The position numbers and the translations under genes were made by a program. The notes under the pieces were generated by a model that ran no database searches, had not been told where the DNA came from, and saw nothing but the letters and a program-made list of their open reading frames with translations. Shown here in pieces: positions 12,973 through 26,017 of a stretch of DNA of 64,000 bases. The stretch comes from the human T2T-CHM13v2.0 reference genome, Homo sapiens, in NCBI RefSeq assembly GCF_009914755.1, contig NC_060940.1. One strand, 5' to 3'. Numbering within the stretch: the stretch's first letter is position 1; every line of letters begins with the position of its first letter.

Positions 12973-13295
12973 ATTTACGGGCTTCTTCTGGTGCCCCCAT
13001 ATTCATATCTCAGAGTCCTAACCCACCCCCGAGTCCCCATATTCATATCTCAGAGTCCTAACCCACCCCCCCAAGTGCCTCAGAATGTGACTGTATTTGG
13101 AGATAAGGGCCCTTTCGAAGGGGGTTAGGACTAGGTGAGGCCACAGGAGGACACAGATGCAGAGGGGTGACAGTGGCGTCTACAGGCCAAGGACAGCAGC
13201 CGCAGGAGGAGCCGGCCCTGCCCACAGCATGGTCTCGGACTCCAGCCTCCAGGCTGTGGGAGAGTGAGCGTCTGTTGCTTCAGCCGCCGCCATCC
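12973..13295 (+). mobile_element. MaLR LTR (MLT1-like) with an internal 42-bp tandem duplication
   Basis: ATTCATATC..GTCCTAACCC (twice), CCTCAGAATGTGACTGTATTTGGAGATA, TCCAGCCTCCAG..CTGTG. Confidence 0.75.
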
Positions 13296-14135
13296 AGCAG
13301 ACCAGCATCCAGCCCCAAAGGGGCCACACTGTCCCTCGGGTCCCTCCCTGACCCCTGGCCAAACCTGGCTCACCCCCGGCCAGGAGCTCCTGGGCAGGTT
13401 GGGCCCAGATGCCCCTGCCCCTGTCTCCTCCAAGCTCCAGAAGTCGGGGTTGGGGTGAAGAGATGTGGCGGAGTGGCCGGGGCAGGCAGGTGTGGCTGCC
13501 AGGGCAGAGGAAGGACCGAACGGTGGCATCTCCCCAGCAGGGTGGCCCCGCGCCCTTGCCAGCCCCGGAGGACCAGATGGTGGCATCTCCCCAGCAGGCT
13601 GGCCCCGTGCCCCTCCCAGCCCCACCATTTTCCTCGGGATAAACTGAGGCTCTGTGACCTCTGTCAGGTCACAGAGACCCTGTTGGGTGGTGAATGGGTG
13701 ACCCGTGGACACCAGGCTGTGGCGGGTGTAGGGTTCAGCCCTCCCTGCACACTGTTACTCAGACCTGCCTGGGAAGCAAAACCACAGCAGAGCCACCCCT
13801 GGCTGGGCCTGGCCGTCGTCTCCCCAGGAGTGAGAGCTGTGCTTTTATCTGACGCGCCTCCCGGGACTGGTGGAAGGGGTGTGTGGCGGCCCTGTGGGTG
13901 GGGTTTGGCCTCAGGGGCTCCTGGGTAGGGTGAGTTGGGGGTCCCTGACCTCAGTCACCAGGCTGTGGTGGACGGAAACCCTGGCTGACCAGGCATCGGG
14001 GATTGGGGGCCCCCCCATGGACTCTCCTGCCCCCGCGAGGTTGGGGAGGTGGGAGAGCCGACCGAGCCGCTGCTGAGTGGCTGTTCCGTCCTCCTCATTT
14101 ATTTATTGATGTGTGTGTGTGTCGTTGTTGTTGCT

Positions 14136-14683
<548 letters not shown>

Positions 14684-16439
14684 CGGCCTTGTTTTTTAAT
14701 ATACATCTGGTTGCCGGGTGATACTGAGGGGGCCGGGCTCTGCAGGCACAGGGCTGAGGGGCGTCGTGTGGATGGACGGCCAGCCCGTTGGGTGCCCTGG
14801 CTGGGTCCCTGTCCCTGCACACCGGGTCAGCCGGCTCCTGGGTGCACAGGCAGGTGGTGTGCGTCCGCATTGCAGAACACGGGGCGTTGCAGGCCGGAGC
14901 TGGGTTTTCACACAGATTGAGACCAGGCGTCGCCCACAGAGCATAATGTGAGGCGAGAGGGACTCGGGCTGCTGTGGGCTGGGGAGGACGGTCCCATAGC
15001 TGGGGGCAGAGCAGGGCAGGCTGGGTGAGGAGGGGGCACCCCAGGTGTCTGAACCCCAGGTCTGTGGAGGCCCGAGGTCTGAAGGGAAATCCCCAGTGGT
15101 GGGACTGGAGGTGCCGTGGAGGGTGGGCCTGTGTCCTGGTGTCCCTGGCGTCCCCATACCCCCTCCGAGGCACAGCCACAGTCTCTGGGTCCTGAGCAGG
15201 GGCTGCAGTCACAGCCAGGCCGTGGGGGGGCCAGGGAGGAGGGGCTGCTCTCCATAGTGTGTCGGGTGGGGAGTGGCCCACCTGGCCTTGGCTTTCCCGG
15301 GGCAGGTAGGGAGGGGCCTGGGCAGGGCGGGGCAGGGAGGGATGAGGTGCAGACTGGGGAGAGTGCAGGGTGTGCAGCGGGGGCTGGGATGCCGCCGAAT
15401 AGGGGCCTGTGGCTCCCACAGGGAGGCCCCTTAGGTGAAGAGGACCAGAGTGAGGTCAGCCCTGGTCCACAGCCACCCCGCCCTGGACTCCCCGGGCCAG
15501 CACCCGACCTGGCCGCCAGCGTGCTGAGGACAGACCTGCTGGGCCGCGTTGGCAGGGGCTCACCCCGTCTTCCCGCAGGAAAGCGCCTTGGCGGGACTGC
15601 TTCCGCCAGCTTCCCGGCCAGACCCAAGGGTGGAGCTCCAGGCCACGTTCCCATGGAGGGAGCGCCTGGTCCCCTGGGGTGGTCTCTAATTTGGGCCACG
15701 GCAGCTGTGCAGTGGCGCTCAGGCAGTTATTTCTGGCCTGGAGAATTCCAGCTCGGAGCAGGCCCCACAGGCCCGTCCCAGGGGCAGGCGGCCGTCTTCC
15801 CCAAGGTCCCCTCCTGGCTGGGTTTCTGCTGCCCACGCCTTTCCCTTCCAAGCCTGGGGGCCCGCAGCACCCTCATATGGGGACCAAGATGGGCAAGGGT
15901 GAGGCCAGAGGAGAGGAGCTCTCACCCGGCATGGCCGGCCCCTCCACCTCCCACTCCACTGCCAGGACAAAGCCAGCCTGACCAGGTGGCCCTGACCGGG
16001 GACAGCTGCCGAGCCCCCGGCAACGGTGGGAGCTGAGCCAGCGCTTTGACGCCCGCGTCGGCCAGGAGAGTCTGGGGGTCTGCTCCAGTTCCGGCAGAAC
16101 ATCCTGGGTGGTCGTGCCCCCGAGGTCCTTGCCGGTGTGGCTGCACGCTGCCACCAAGTGGCTGGCAGGGCCTCAAGCTTCCCGCAGGCACGGAGAGGAG
16201 GGCTGGGATCAGGCACTTTTCCACTCAATTATGCCTTGAAAAGTTCCCAAATCAAGCTCTTTATTAGAGATAAATAGGTATATTAGGTCTCTTTCTAATT
16301 AGCATGGCTTTTAAAATTGTGCGCAGTTAGAGGGAGCTGTCCGCGTGTGCTCCAGCTCCGTGGTGGTGCTGCGAGCCAACCTCTCCTTTCATTCCTGGAG
16401 GTGGGGGACCCGCCCTCATCTCAGGCCTGAAGAGGGCTG

Positions 16440-16635
16440 TGTGTGAGTTCTCCACTTGTGTGTGGGGTGAGCCCGGCCCATGCACACAGCTACACACACA
16501 TCACACACCCACACCCGGACACGCGCCTCAGGTCCCCACACTGCCCTTACACACATGCGCCCCTCACACATGCATGTCCCCTTTGCACACACGCCCCCTC
16601 GCACACGCATGCCCCCTCGCACACGCATGCACACA
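16440..16635. repeat. Degenerate CA-rich simple repeat
   Basis: Runs of cacacg/cacatg/gccccctcgcacacgcat. Confidence 0.7.
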
Positions 16636-19509
16636 GGCTCACTCTGCTGCCTGTCCCTGGCTGCTGTGTGCTTCCGGCCCTCCCTGTCTCCCCACACAGA
16701 TGGACACAACGCTCCCCAGGGTGAGAAGTGGCCGCCCAGGTGAGCCTGGTGTTTCCCCGGGCTGTGGCAGGGGCAGGAGCAGGGTCCGTGCCTGAGACAG
16801 CGCAGGTGATGTGATTGTTTTGGCCCCTCCGGTGGGTGGCAGGTGGGAGGCTCTGCGGGGTGGAGGAGGCGGGCCTCAGCCCACCTGGGTGCAGCCTGGC
16901 GGACATAGAGGCGGAGGCCAGGGCCGCTCTCTGTGGGGCCAGAGTCTCCCGAGGCCATTGCTCAGGGAGGAGCTCTGTTGAGATGGAATGTTCCGGCAGC
17001 CGGGAGTGAGCCGTCCACTCATGCATCAGTGATTTCAATCCCCCAGGTGGTGGCCTGTGGTGGGTGTGGGCTCCCCGCACCCCTGCGCTGGGGGCGGTGC
17101 TCTCCCACGGGCAGCCCAGCCCCCGTGCCCTCCTGTGACCCGCGGCGCCGGCTGGAGACAAACACTCCATGTTTGGCTGCTGCCCGGGCTCCCCACCCCC
17201 AACTGCCCGTGTGAGTCACGCAAGTCCAGGCGGCTGGCTCCGGCCACGTTCCCCTGGCCAGGCCCCTGGGGAGAGGGGCTCCCACATCGGGGGCCTGGCT
17301 GGGGTGAAAGCTCTGGGCAGGCTGCACATTGAGACTCAGAGCAGACTGGGGGTTGGCTGGGAGAGGCCAGGGTTGAGGACCAGGACAGAGGCCAGGAGAG
17401 CTCGCAGCCCCCCGACGAGGCTGTCAGTCACTGTGGCGGGGACCCCCACCCTGGCCCTCCTCTGACGTTGCCCAGACCCTCTGTTCCCTGCCTGGGATGG
17501 GGTGCAGGTGACCTCTCTGGAGCTGAGTCCTGAGTCCTGGGCCCAACCTGAGAGCTCCCCAGGTCAGGAGTCGGCCACAGGGTCCATGGGCACTGCAGGT
17601 TCTCAGGAGGGCAAGCCCACCTGTCCCATCTCTGGACAACTGGGTTTCCAGGGCTGGTACAGGTACCTGTGAAGGAGGTCTGGGCCCCACCCACCACCCC
17701 CGCCCCCACCCTCTGTGACCCGACACCCCCAGCAGCAGGGACTGGGGTGGGACACGGTGGGGCCCCAGGTGGCGGTTTCCAGGAAGTTCTGTGTCAGGCA
17801 TGGAGCCCTGGAACCCGGTACCCTCCACCCCCGTGCGGCTGTGGGAATCCTGGGGCTGCCCTCGGGATCTGGCCTCTGGGACCCCTGACGGGTTCTATTG
17901 CGTCTGATGGCGCCGCGTTCCCCCAGTTTTCCCCCAGCACAGAGGGGTTCTTAGGACCTCACCCCTTCCTGAGTTAAAACCCTGCGGTGGCTTCTCCCGA
18001 GGGAGGAGACGGGCGTGGGGGCCGCCCTCAGCGTGGAGCCGGGAATCCCTCCTGGCCCCTCCCCCCAGCCCTGACCGGGCTTCCTCCTCCCTTGTCTCCA
18101 TGGCAGCGGCCTCCGGGGAAGGAAGAGAAACCTCCTTCAGTCAGCGCATCCCCGGCAACCCTGATCCTGGATCGTGTGGCTGCCTTGCCCTCCCCCTTCC
18201 CACCCAGTTCCCTCCCGCTAAGAGGCCCCGCTGGAGAACAGGACACGTGCCTGTCGTGGCATTGGGGTCGGGGGTCCGGGGGAGGCGCCGCACTCAGGGC
18301 AGGCTCTGGAGCTCCCCGGGCACCGTCCCGTCCTGCAGGTTTGATGTACTTTCTGTCATCTACCCTGTGAGGCTGGGGGGCGGCCCTGGGGGGAGCGTGC
18401 AAGAGCACATGCGTATACACGGGTGAGCACGTGACCTGGCGTGTTGCTCCCCCAGTGGGGTCTGTCCCGTCCCACCTGCTGGGAGACTCCAAAGTCTGCA
18501 AACATCTGGCTCCAGAATTTCGCCACTGCAGAGGGAGACTGAATTAATTCCCTCCTGGATCGGTTAATTAACGACAGGTGCCCTGGAGCCGTGTCCATGC
18601 CGCCTGGGGAAGGTGCGTCTGCCTCGGCAGCTGTGGCTGCCCCGGTGCTTCATCGGATGCCAGGGACAGAAGAGTCAAGGCCAGCTGGGCTGTGCCTGGC
18701 CCATCAGGCCTAGGTGGAGCTGGTAGGGGAGATGGGACACCAGCCCATTGCACAGGGTGTAGGCGGGACTGCTCTAGACCCCAGGGCATCACTCCTGCCC
18801 ACAGGGGGCTTCCGGTGCTTCAGGAATGGTCAGGCCCAGCCTGCCGCATGCATGGGGCCCCTCCCCGAGCCCTGAGACCAGGGAGCAGACCCTGGCCAAA
18901 GCTTCCCCTGCAGCAAGCACTGAGTCCTTGAAAGCTTTGGGCCTTACTGCCCGAGGCAGAGGCCAGAGGCCGGACTGTGGAGGCCGGCAAGCGTGGGACC
19001 GAGGCTCAGGGGTGAATGGGGCCAGCAGCCCCAGAGGACTCCAGGCGGCTTGGCCTGGGCACCTGCACACAGCAGCTGTCCTGTCTTTGAGAGGCATCCG
19101 TGGGGAGGGCTCATCACCTGCCGGCCTGGGCTGCTCGTTTCCCGGCCCTCACCCTCATCCTCTGTGAGCCTGGGAGGAGGCACGGATGCCGCATCAGCCT
19201 CCAGGCATCCCTGCCCTCTCGTAGGCATCCAGGCCCCCTGGTGGAAGGCAGGTCTCAAGGGGCTGGAGGGTGCCAGGAGTTGTCACGTGGCCGGGTGGGT
19301 CTGGGGCATGTGAGGGCCTTCTGCTCAGCGAGAGTGGAGGCCACGTGGCAGGAGGAGGAGACACCCCCACCAACCTATGCCTGCCCATGTGCCGGGTCTC
19401 AATTCCTGGTCCAAAGGGCGCCTTCAGTGGCGACTGCAGACAGGTGCGGGGCTCCAGCGAAGGGAAGCTGCCATTTAAAGGCAAAGCTGGGAACGCAGGC
19501 TGTGGTGAT

Positions 19510-20015
19510 GACTGAAGTGAGGTTCACGTACCATGGGATTAGCCATTTTTTTTTTACTTGTTTATGTGACGACCAGCGGATTTTAAAGCGCACGGGTTAG
19601 CGACCTTCGTGTTGTTGAACCATCACCTCTGCCTAGTTCTGGAATGTTTCCCTCACTCCAGAAGGAAACCGCATCCCCATCAGCCCTCGCTGCCCAGCCC
19701 TGGCGGTCTCTACCCCGCTTTGTCTCTGGGTTTGCCTGTGCGGGACTTTCCGTGTGACATGTGGTCCTTCTGTGCCCAGTTCTTCCCAGCATCATGTTCC
19801 CGGGTTCACCTGTGTTGTGGCGTGTGGAGCTTTCTTCCTTTTCATGGCTGAGTAATATTCCAGCGTGTGACCAGACCACGTTCCGTTTGTTCACGGGTCT
19901 GTTGGTGAACACCAGGGCTGTTTCCATCACAGGCCATCGGGGTCAGTGCCGCTGTGGACACGTGTGGGCCCGTCTGTCGTGAGTGCCCGTTTCCTTTGTC
20001 CCTGGTGTAGGCAGG
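19510..20015 (-). mobile_element. Old LINE-1 3'-end fragment (L1MB-like)
   Basis: TTTAAAGCGCAC, AACCATCACC, AGAAGGAAACC, CAGCCCTGGC, CTTTTCATGGCTGAGTAATATTCCA. Confidence 0.75.
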
Positions 20016-20227
20016 ATTGGCGTTCATAGCCTCACCCACCGGTTATCCGGAGCTTAGACGTGCCCGGGTGGCAGCTGGACTCCTGGACGGTGTCTGTGGG
20101 TCCTGCCAGCGGCAGCCAGACTCCCACATGGACGCTGCCATCTGCAGAGTCCCCCCCCCCGCCGAGTCTGCTTTTCTGGGGAACCCTGGAGATGCTCAGA
20201 AAGCCTAGTGGGGCACGGGGGTCCATG

Positions 20228-23200
20228 GCGGGTGAGTAGACGGTCGGCATGCATAGGGCCGGGGGCGGGGTACGTGGGGGGCGGGCGAGTAGACGGTCGG
20301 CATGCATAGGGCCGGGGGCGGGGTACGTGGGGGGCGGGCGAGTAGACGGTCGGCATGCATAGGGCCGGGGGCGGGGTACGTGGGGGGCGGGCGAGTAGAC
20401 GGTCAGCATGCATAGGGCCGGGGGCGGGGTACGTGGGGGGCGGGCGAGTAGACGGTCAGCATGCATAGGGCCGGGGGCGGGGTACGTGGGGGGCGGGCGA
20501 GTAGACGGTCGGCATGCATAGGGCCGGAGGCGGGGTACGTGGGGGGCGGGCGAGTAGACGGTCGGCATGCATAGGGCCGGGGGCGGGGTACGTGGGGGGC
20601 GGGCGAGTAGACGGTCAGCATGCATAGGGCCGGAGGCGGGGTACGTGGGGGGCGGGCGAGTAGACGGTCGGCATGCATAGGGCCGGGGGCGGGGTACGTG
20701 GGGGGCGGGCGAGTAGACGGTCAGCATGCATAGGGCCGGGGGCGGGGTACGTGGGGGGCGGGCGAGTAGACGGTCGGCATGCATAGGGCCGGGGGCGGGG
20801 TACGTGGGGGGCGGGCGAGTAGACGGTCGGCATGCATAGGGCCGGAGGCGGGGTACGTGGGGGGCGGGCGAGTAGACGGTCGGCATGCATAGGGCCGGGG
20901 GCGGGGTGTGTACGGGGCGGGTGAGTAGACGGTCGGCATGCATAGGGCCGGGGGCGGGGTACGTGGGGGGCGGGCGAGTAGACGGTCGGCATGCATAGGG
21001 CCGGAGGCGGGGTACGTGGGGGGCGGGCGAGTAGACGGTCGGCATGCATAGGGCCGGGGGCGGGGTACGTGGGGGGCGGGCGAGTAGACGGTCGGCATGC
21101 ATAGGGCCGGGGGCGGGGTGTGTACGGGGCGGGTGAGTAGACGGTCGGCATGCATAGGGCCGGGGGCGGGGTACGTGGGGGGCGGGCGAGTAGACGGTCG
21201 GCATGCATAGGGCCGGAGGCGGGGTACGTGGGGGGCGGGCGAGTAGACGGTCGGCATGCATAGGGCCGGGGGCGGGGTACGTGGGGGGCGGGCGAGTAGA
21301 CGGTCAGCATGCATAGGGCCGGAGGCGGGGTACGTGGGGGGCGGGCGAGTAGACGGTCGGCATGCATAGGGCCGGGGGCGGGGTACGTGGGGGGCGGGCG
21401 AGTAGACGGTCAGCATGCATAGGGCCGGGGGCGGGGTACGTGGGGGGCGGGCGAGTAGACGGTCGGCATGCATAGGGCCGGGGGCGGGGTACGTGGGGGG
21501 CGGGCGAGTAGACGGTCGGCATGCATAGGGCCGGGGGCGGGGTACGTGGGGGGCGGGCGAGTAGACGGTCGGCATGCATAGGGCCGGGGGCGGGGTACGT
21601 GGGGGGCGGGCGAGTAGACGGTCGGCATGCATAGGGCCGGGGGCGGGGTACGTGGGGGGCGGGCGAGTAGACGGTCGGCATGCATAGGGCCGGGGGCGGG
21701 GTACGTGGGGGGCGGGCGAGTAGACGGTCGGCATGCATAGGGCCGGAGGCGGGGTACGTGGGGGGCGGGTGAGTAGACGGCATGTGTAGGGGCCGGAGGC
21801 GGGGTGTGTACGGGGCGGGTGAGTAGACGGCGTAGGGGCCGGAGGCGGGGTGTGTACGGGGCGGGTGAGTAGACGGTCGGCGTGCGTAGGGGCCGGAGGC
21901 GGGGTGTGTACGGGGCAGGTGAGTAGACGGCGTGCGTAGGGGCCGGAGGCGGGGTGTGTATGGGGCGGGTGAGTAGACGGTCGGCGTGCGTAGGGGCCGG
22001 AGGCGGGGTGTGTACGGGGCGGGTGAGTAGACGGTCGGCGTGCGTAGGGGCCGGAGGCGGGGTGTGTACGGGGCGGGTGAGTAGACGGCGTAGGGGCCGG
22101 AGGCGGGGTGTGTACGGGGCAGGTGAGTAGACGGCGTGCGTAGGGGCCGGAGGCGGGGTACGTGGGGGGCGGGTGAGTAGACGGCATGTGTAGGGGCCGG
22201 AGGCGGGGTGTGTACGGGGCGGGTGAGTAGACGGTCGGCGTGCGTAGGGGCCGGAGGCGGGGTGTGTACAGGGCAGGTGAGTAGACGGTCGGCGTGCGTA
22301 GGGGCCGGAGGCGGGGTACGTGGGGGGCGGGTGAGTAGACGGTCGGCGTGCGTAGGGGCCGGAGGCGGGGTGTGTACGGGGCGGGTGAGTAGACGGTCAG
22401 CGTGCGTAGGGGCCGGAGGCGGGGTACGTGGGGGGCGGGTGAGTAGACGGTCGGCGTGCATAGGGGCCGGAGGCGGGGTGTGTACGGGGCGGGTGAGTAG
22501 ACGGTCAGCGTGCGTAGGGGCCGGAGGCGGGGTACGTGGGGGGCGGGTGAGTAGACGGTCGGCGTGCGTAGGGGCCGGAGGCGTGGTGTGTACGGGGCGG
22601 GTGAGTAGACGGTCGGGCGGGGTGTGTACGGGGCGGGTGAGTAGACGGTCGGCGTGCGTAGGGGCCGGAGGCGGGGTACGTGGGGGGCGGGTGAGTAGAC
22701 GGCGTGCGTAGGGGCCGGAGGCGGGGTGTGTACGGGGCGGGTGAGTAGACGGTCGGCGTGCATAGGGGCCGAAGGCGGGGTGTGTACGGGGCGGGTGAGT
22801 AGACGGCGTAGGGGCCAGAGGCGGGGTGTGTACGGGGCGGGTGAGTAGACGGTCGGCGTGCGTAGGGGCCGGAGGCGGGGTGTGTACGGGGCAGGTGAGT
22901 AGACGGCGTGCATAGGGGCCGGAGGCGGGGTGTGTATGGGGCGGGTGAGTAGACGGTCGGCGTGCGTAGGGGCCGGAGGCGGGGTGTGTACGGGGCGGGT
23001 GAGTAGACGGCGTAGGGGCCGGAGGCGGGGTGTGTACGGGGCGGGTGAGTAGACGGCGTAGGGGCCGGAGGCGGGGTGTGTACGGGGCGGGTGAGTAGAC
23101 GGCGTGCGTAGGGGCCGGAGGCGGGGTGTGTACGGGGCAGGTGAGTAGACGGCGTGCGTAGGGGCCGGAGGCGGGGTGTGTACGGGGCGGGTGAGTAGAC

Positions 23201-23330
23201 GGCGTAGGGGCCGGAGGCGGGGTGTGTACGGGGCAGGTGAGTAGACGGCGTGCGTAGGGGCCGGAGGCGGGGTGTGTACGGGGCGGGTGAGTAGACGGTC
23301 GGCGTGCGTAGGGGCCGGAGGCGGGGTGTG
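20228..23330. repeat. Large G-rich/CpG-rich VNTR, ~60 units in two domains (53-bp homogeneous; 45-53-bp variant)
   Basis: Unit A CGGGCGAGTAGACGGTCGGCATGCATAGGGCCGGGGGCGGGGTACGTGGGGGG to ~21780; unit B CGGGTGAGTAGACGG(TCGG)(CGTG)CGTAGGGGCCGGAGGCGGGGTGTGTACGGGG after. Confidence 0.98.
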
Positions 23331-25194
23331 TGCAGGGCCAGGGTGTACCGTGCTGGTCCTCCCAGGGCTGCTTGGGGAGAGCCTGTTTCCTTAGTGGTGT
23401 TTTGAATAAGAATGCGCGGCTCCCTCGAGGTGTCCCAGTGGGGCTGTTCAGAAGCTGGGCCCAGGGAGCCCTGAAGGCAGGGGTCCAGCCTGCCGTGACC
23501 GCACAGGCCCAGATTCCTGGACGTTTCGCTTTCGTAATTGCACACGCAGGGCCTGGATTCGCCGTGCAGAAAGCCGGACGATGCCGCGGCGTGGGGTGAA
23601 CGTCAAAGGGTCACTGTGGACTCTGCCCACGTCCTGAGTGCCCTCGTCTTGTCCCTCTCCACGGCGTTCTCATCCTCCGGCGATTCCCTGGGAACGTCTC
23701 TGTACCTCTGCACACGTGCCCACACACATGCCCCTCGAGATGGCCTGCACTGTGGCTTCTGTCGTGAATGTGGTCACGTGTCCTCCGTGACTCGCTCCTC
23801 CTGCCCCGTGTGCCCTGGACCTGGCTCGGTCCCGATGCCCGTGGCACCACCGCCTCCTCAACGGGTGGCCACGTAATGCTTCCTGGCCGGTGAATGTGCC
23901 ACGGCAGTGGAGATATTCTGCCCTTCTAGCTCTTCTGTATACAAGCAGTGCGCCCTGGTTCTCAGGGCCGTGACCACCACCATGACCGGCAGACTTCAGG
24001 GCGGTCCGTCCCACTCCCGTGGCCTCGAGGGTCCTTTGGAGCTGCCGCGGTTCTGAGTGGGGGTGGACACGGACACAGGGCTGGTTCCCGGGGATCTCCT
24101 GTACCACCCACTGACTCCCAGGGTCTGCGGCTGGCCCGGCCCCTCCTGGGTCTCTTGATGTGGGACCAAAGCTGTTGCTTCCTCTGCGGCAGAGGCGATG
24201 GAGTCCCTCAGAGCCCGCGACCGTCCCCTCCGCACTGCGGGCTGATAGCGCCTGTGGGAATGGGCTTCCCCGGTGAATACACATAGGTCGTCTTCTTGAG
24301 CAAATTGGAAAAGTAAGGTTGAGCGTTCCTGAGAATGAGGGGCCGGGAGGGGAGGAGGCGGCCAGCGCCGCGTGGGGCCGTGGGCAGAGCGGACAGGGAG
24401 GGAGCGGCCTCAGCCTTGGCACCCTCTACCCAGGGCAGGGAGGGGTTTGCCCAGCCAGGGGTGGGTACAGAGAGGGGAGCACGTGGCTAAGAGTCCTGGT
24501 TGCCTGTGACCTCAGCTGCAGTCTGTGCCCTGCAAGGCATGGGGTCCTGAGTGGGGGGCTGTGGCCCACCTTGCTCTGGGCTTCTCCTTCCTGCTGTGGG
24601 TGCCTTTCCCGCCCACACCCCTGCCCCTGGCTCAGGCCGCTTGTGCCCAGCTGTTGCAGATTTGGCCTAATGGGGCTCAGCTGGCTGAGCAGATTGCTCT
24701 AGGGGACAGCGGGTGGGGCAGGAACGGCCCAGCCTCCCGATCCTCCCAGCTGCAGAGCTCTGCCACCCCGGCACTGATGTCAGGATGCAGCCGAGCAGGG
24801 AGCCCTGCTGGGATCCCTGGAGGCCACAGCCCTGCTTGGGGGCCACTCTGACCATAGAGGAGGAGCCAGGCAGCAGCCGCACCTGGAGACGTCCATCCCT
24901 TCGCTGGGCTAGCGCTGCTACAGTCCCCTCCCTGGTGGTCTGAGGAGCTGAGGCTGGCCTGTGGCTTTGATGCCTTAACTATCTCTTGAGGAGGGGCACA
25001 CAGCCCCGCCTCCGTCCCTCTGTAGAAACATCTGTCCTGACCTTCCTTCGGCAAACGTGGAGGTCTTGGTGTGGTGAGAACGTGTCCTCCAGGGCCAGCA
25101 GGAGCCAGGCCGAGCCGTGTCAGTCAGGAGAGTAGATGGAGGGGCTTGTTTTGCAGGAAGGTCTGCATAAAACCTGTCAGCGCCAGAAAGATGA

Positions 25195-25290
25195 AATAGC
25201 CCTTTTGTACAGATGGGGAAGCTGAGGCTTAGAAAGGGGGAGGCACAGGTGGAGGTAGAATTGGGGTCAGGCTCTTGCCCCATGGCCCTG
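25195..25290 (+). mobile_element. MIR fragment
   Basis: CCTTTTGTACAGATGGGGAAGCTGAGGCTTAGA resembles the MIR core. Confidence 0.55.
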
Positions 25291-26017
25291 GCCTGAGGAT
25301 TAGTCACGGGGCAGGGTCGGGGAGGCCCTGGCCCCAGGATACGTGAGCCAGCGGGTCTGGGCGGTCCTGGGAGCTGATGTTACCTGGGATGTTAGCTGAT
25401 GTTTCGGGTTGGGGTTGTCCAGGACCACCCTTTGGGCCACGCTGGTCCCACAGCACACGGGCTTCTGAGGAACCCCTGTCCCTACCCAGGACCCTGGAGA
25501 CCGCTGGCTCTGGGGAGAGGGGTCCCACAGCACCTCAGGGCTCAGTCGGCACTGTTTGGGGGTCTGGCAGCCCCGACACTGGCTGAGCCGCCCTGAGACT
25601 GGCTCCTGGCCCCAAGAATCCCAGGTCTCCAGCATCTTCGGCGCAGAGATAGCAGCTGCCAGGGTTCCCGCCACTCGCAGACACTCCCCCTCACCCAGCC
25701 GCGGGAATGCAGGCCTTGCTGCCCCCCACACAACAGTCAGTGGCTCTGGGGCTGCCCACGCCCGCGCCCAGGGGCCGGGAGAAAACGGCGCCTTCAGAGC
25801 TATGCGCTTTCAAGCTGGGAAGAGCAGTTTGGGAGTCTTTTTCCTCCTCGACTACCCCCAGATGAGAAAACGGGGGTCAGTGGAGCAGCTCCACTGAAGC
25901 TCTGTGTTTCCGGCCAGGAGGCCGCTTCCTCGCCCCCTCCTGGATGTGTCCCCCCACACCTAACCCCGGCCCTCCCAGCCCTGGTACATCCAGGACAGGC
26001 CCAGGCGAGGCTGCTGA

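Larger units (their letters stand above)
11300..13760. repeat. Diverged inverted duplication; arms ~11300-11500 and ~13450-13760
   Basis: Collinear reverse-complement blocks TGGGGTGAAGAGA, CCCCTCCCAGC, CATTTTC, GATAAACTGAG, GGTCACAGAGAC. Confidence 0.75.

Noticed and set aside
16333-16355. Second RE1-like sequence GGAGCTGTCCGCGTGTGCTCC
   Set aside because: Only one good half-site and wrong spacing.
21900-23250. AG|GT recursive-splicing sites in the VNTR
   Set aside because: Upstream sequence is G-rich with no polypyrimidine tract, so they are unlikely to act as acceptors.
20032-23545. Long minus-strand ORFs (409, 730, 385, 346 aa) with repeated MHADRLLARPP/PTVYSPAP
   Set aside because: Translation of a VNTR that cycles through frames; no domain, splice or promoter support.
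23640-23950. Possible L1ME-type remnant
   Set aside because: Resemblance too weak to support without an alignment.
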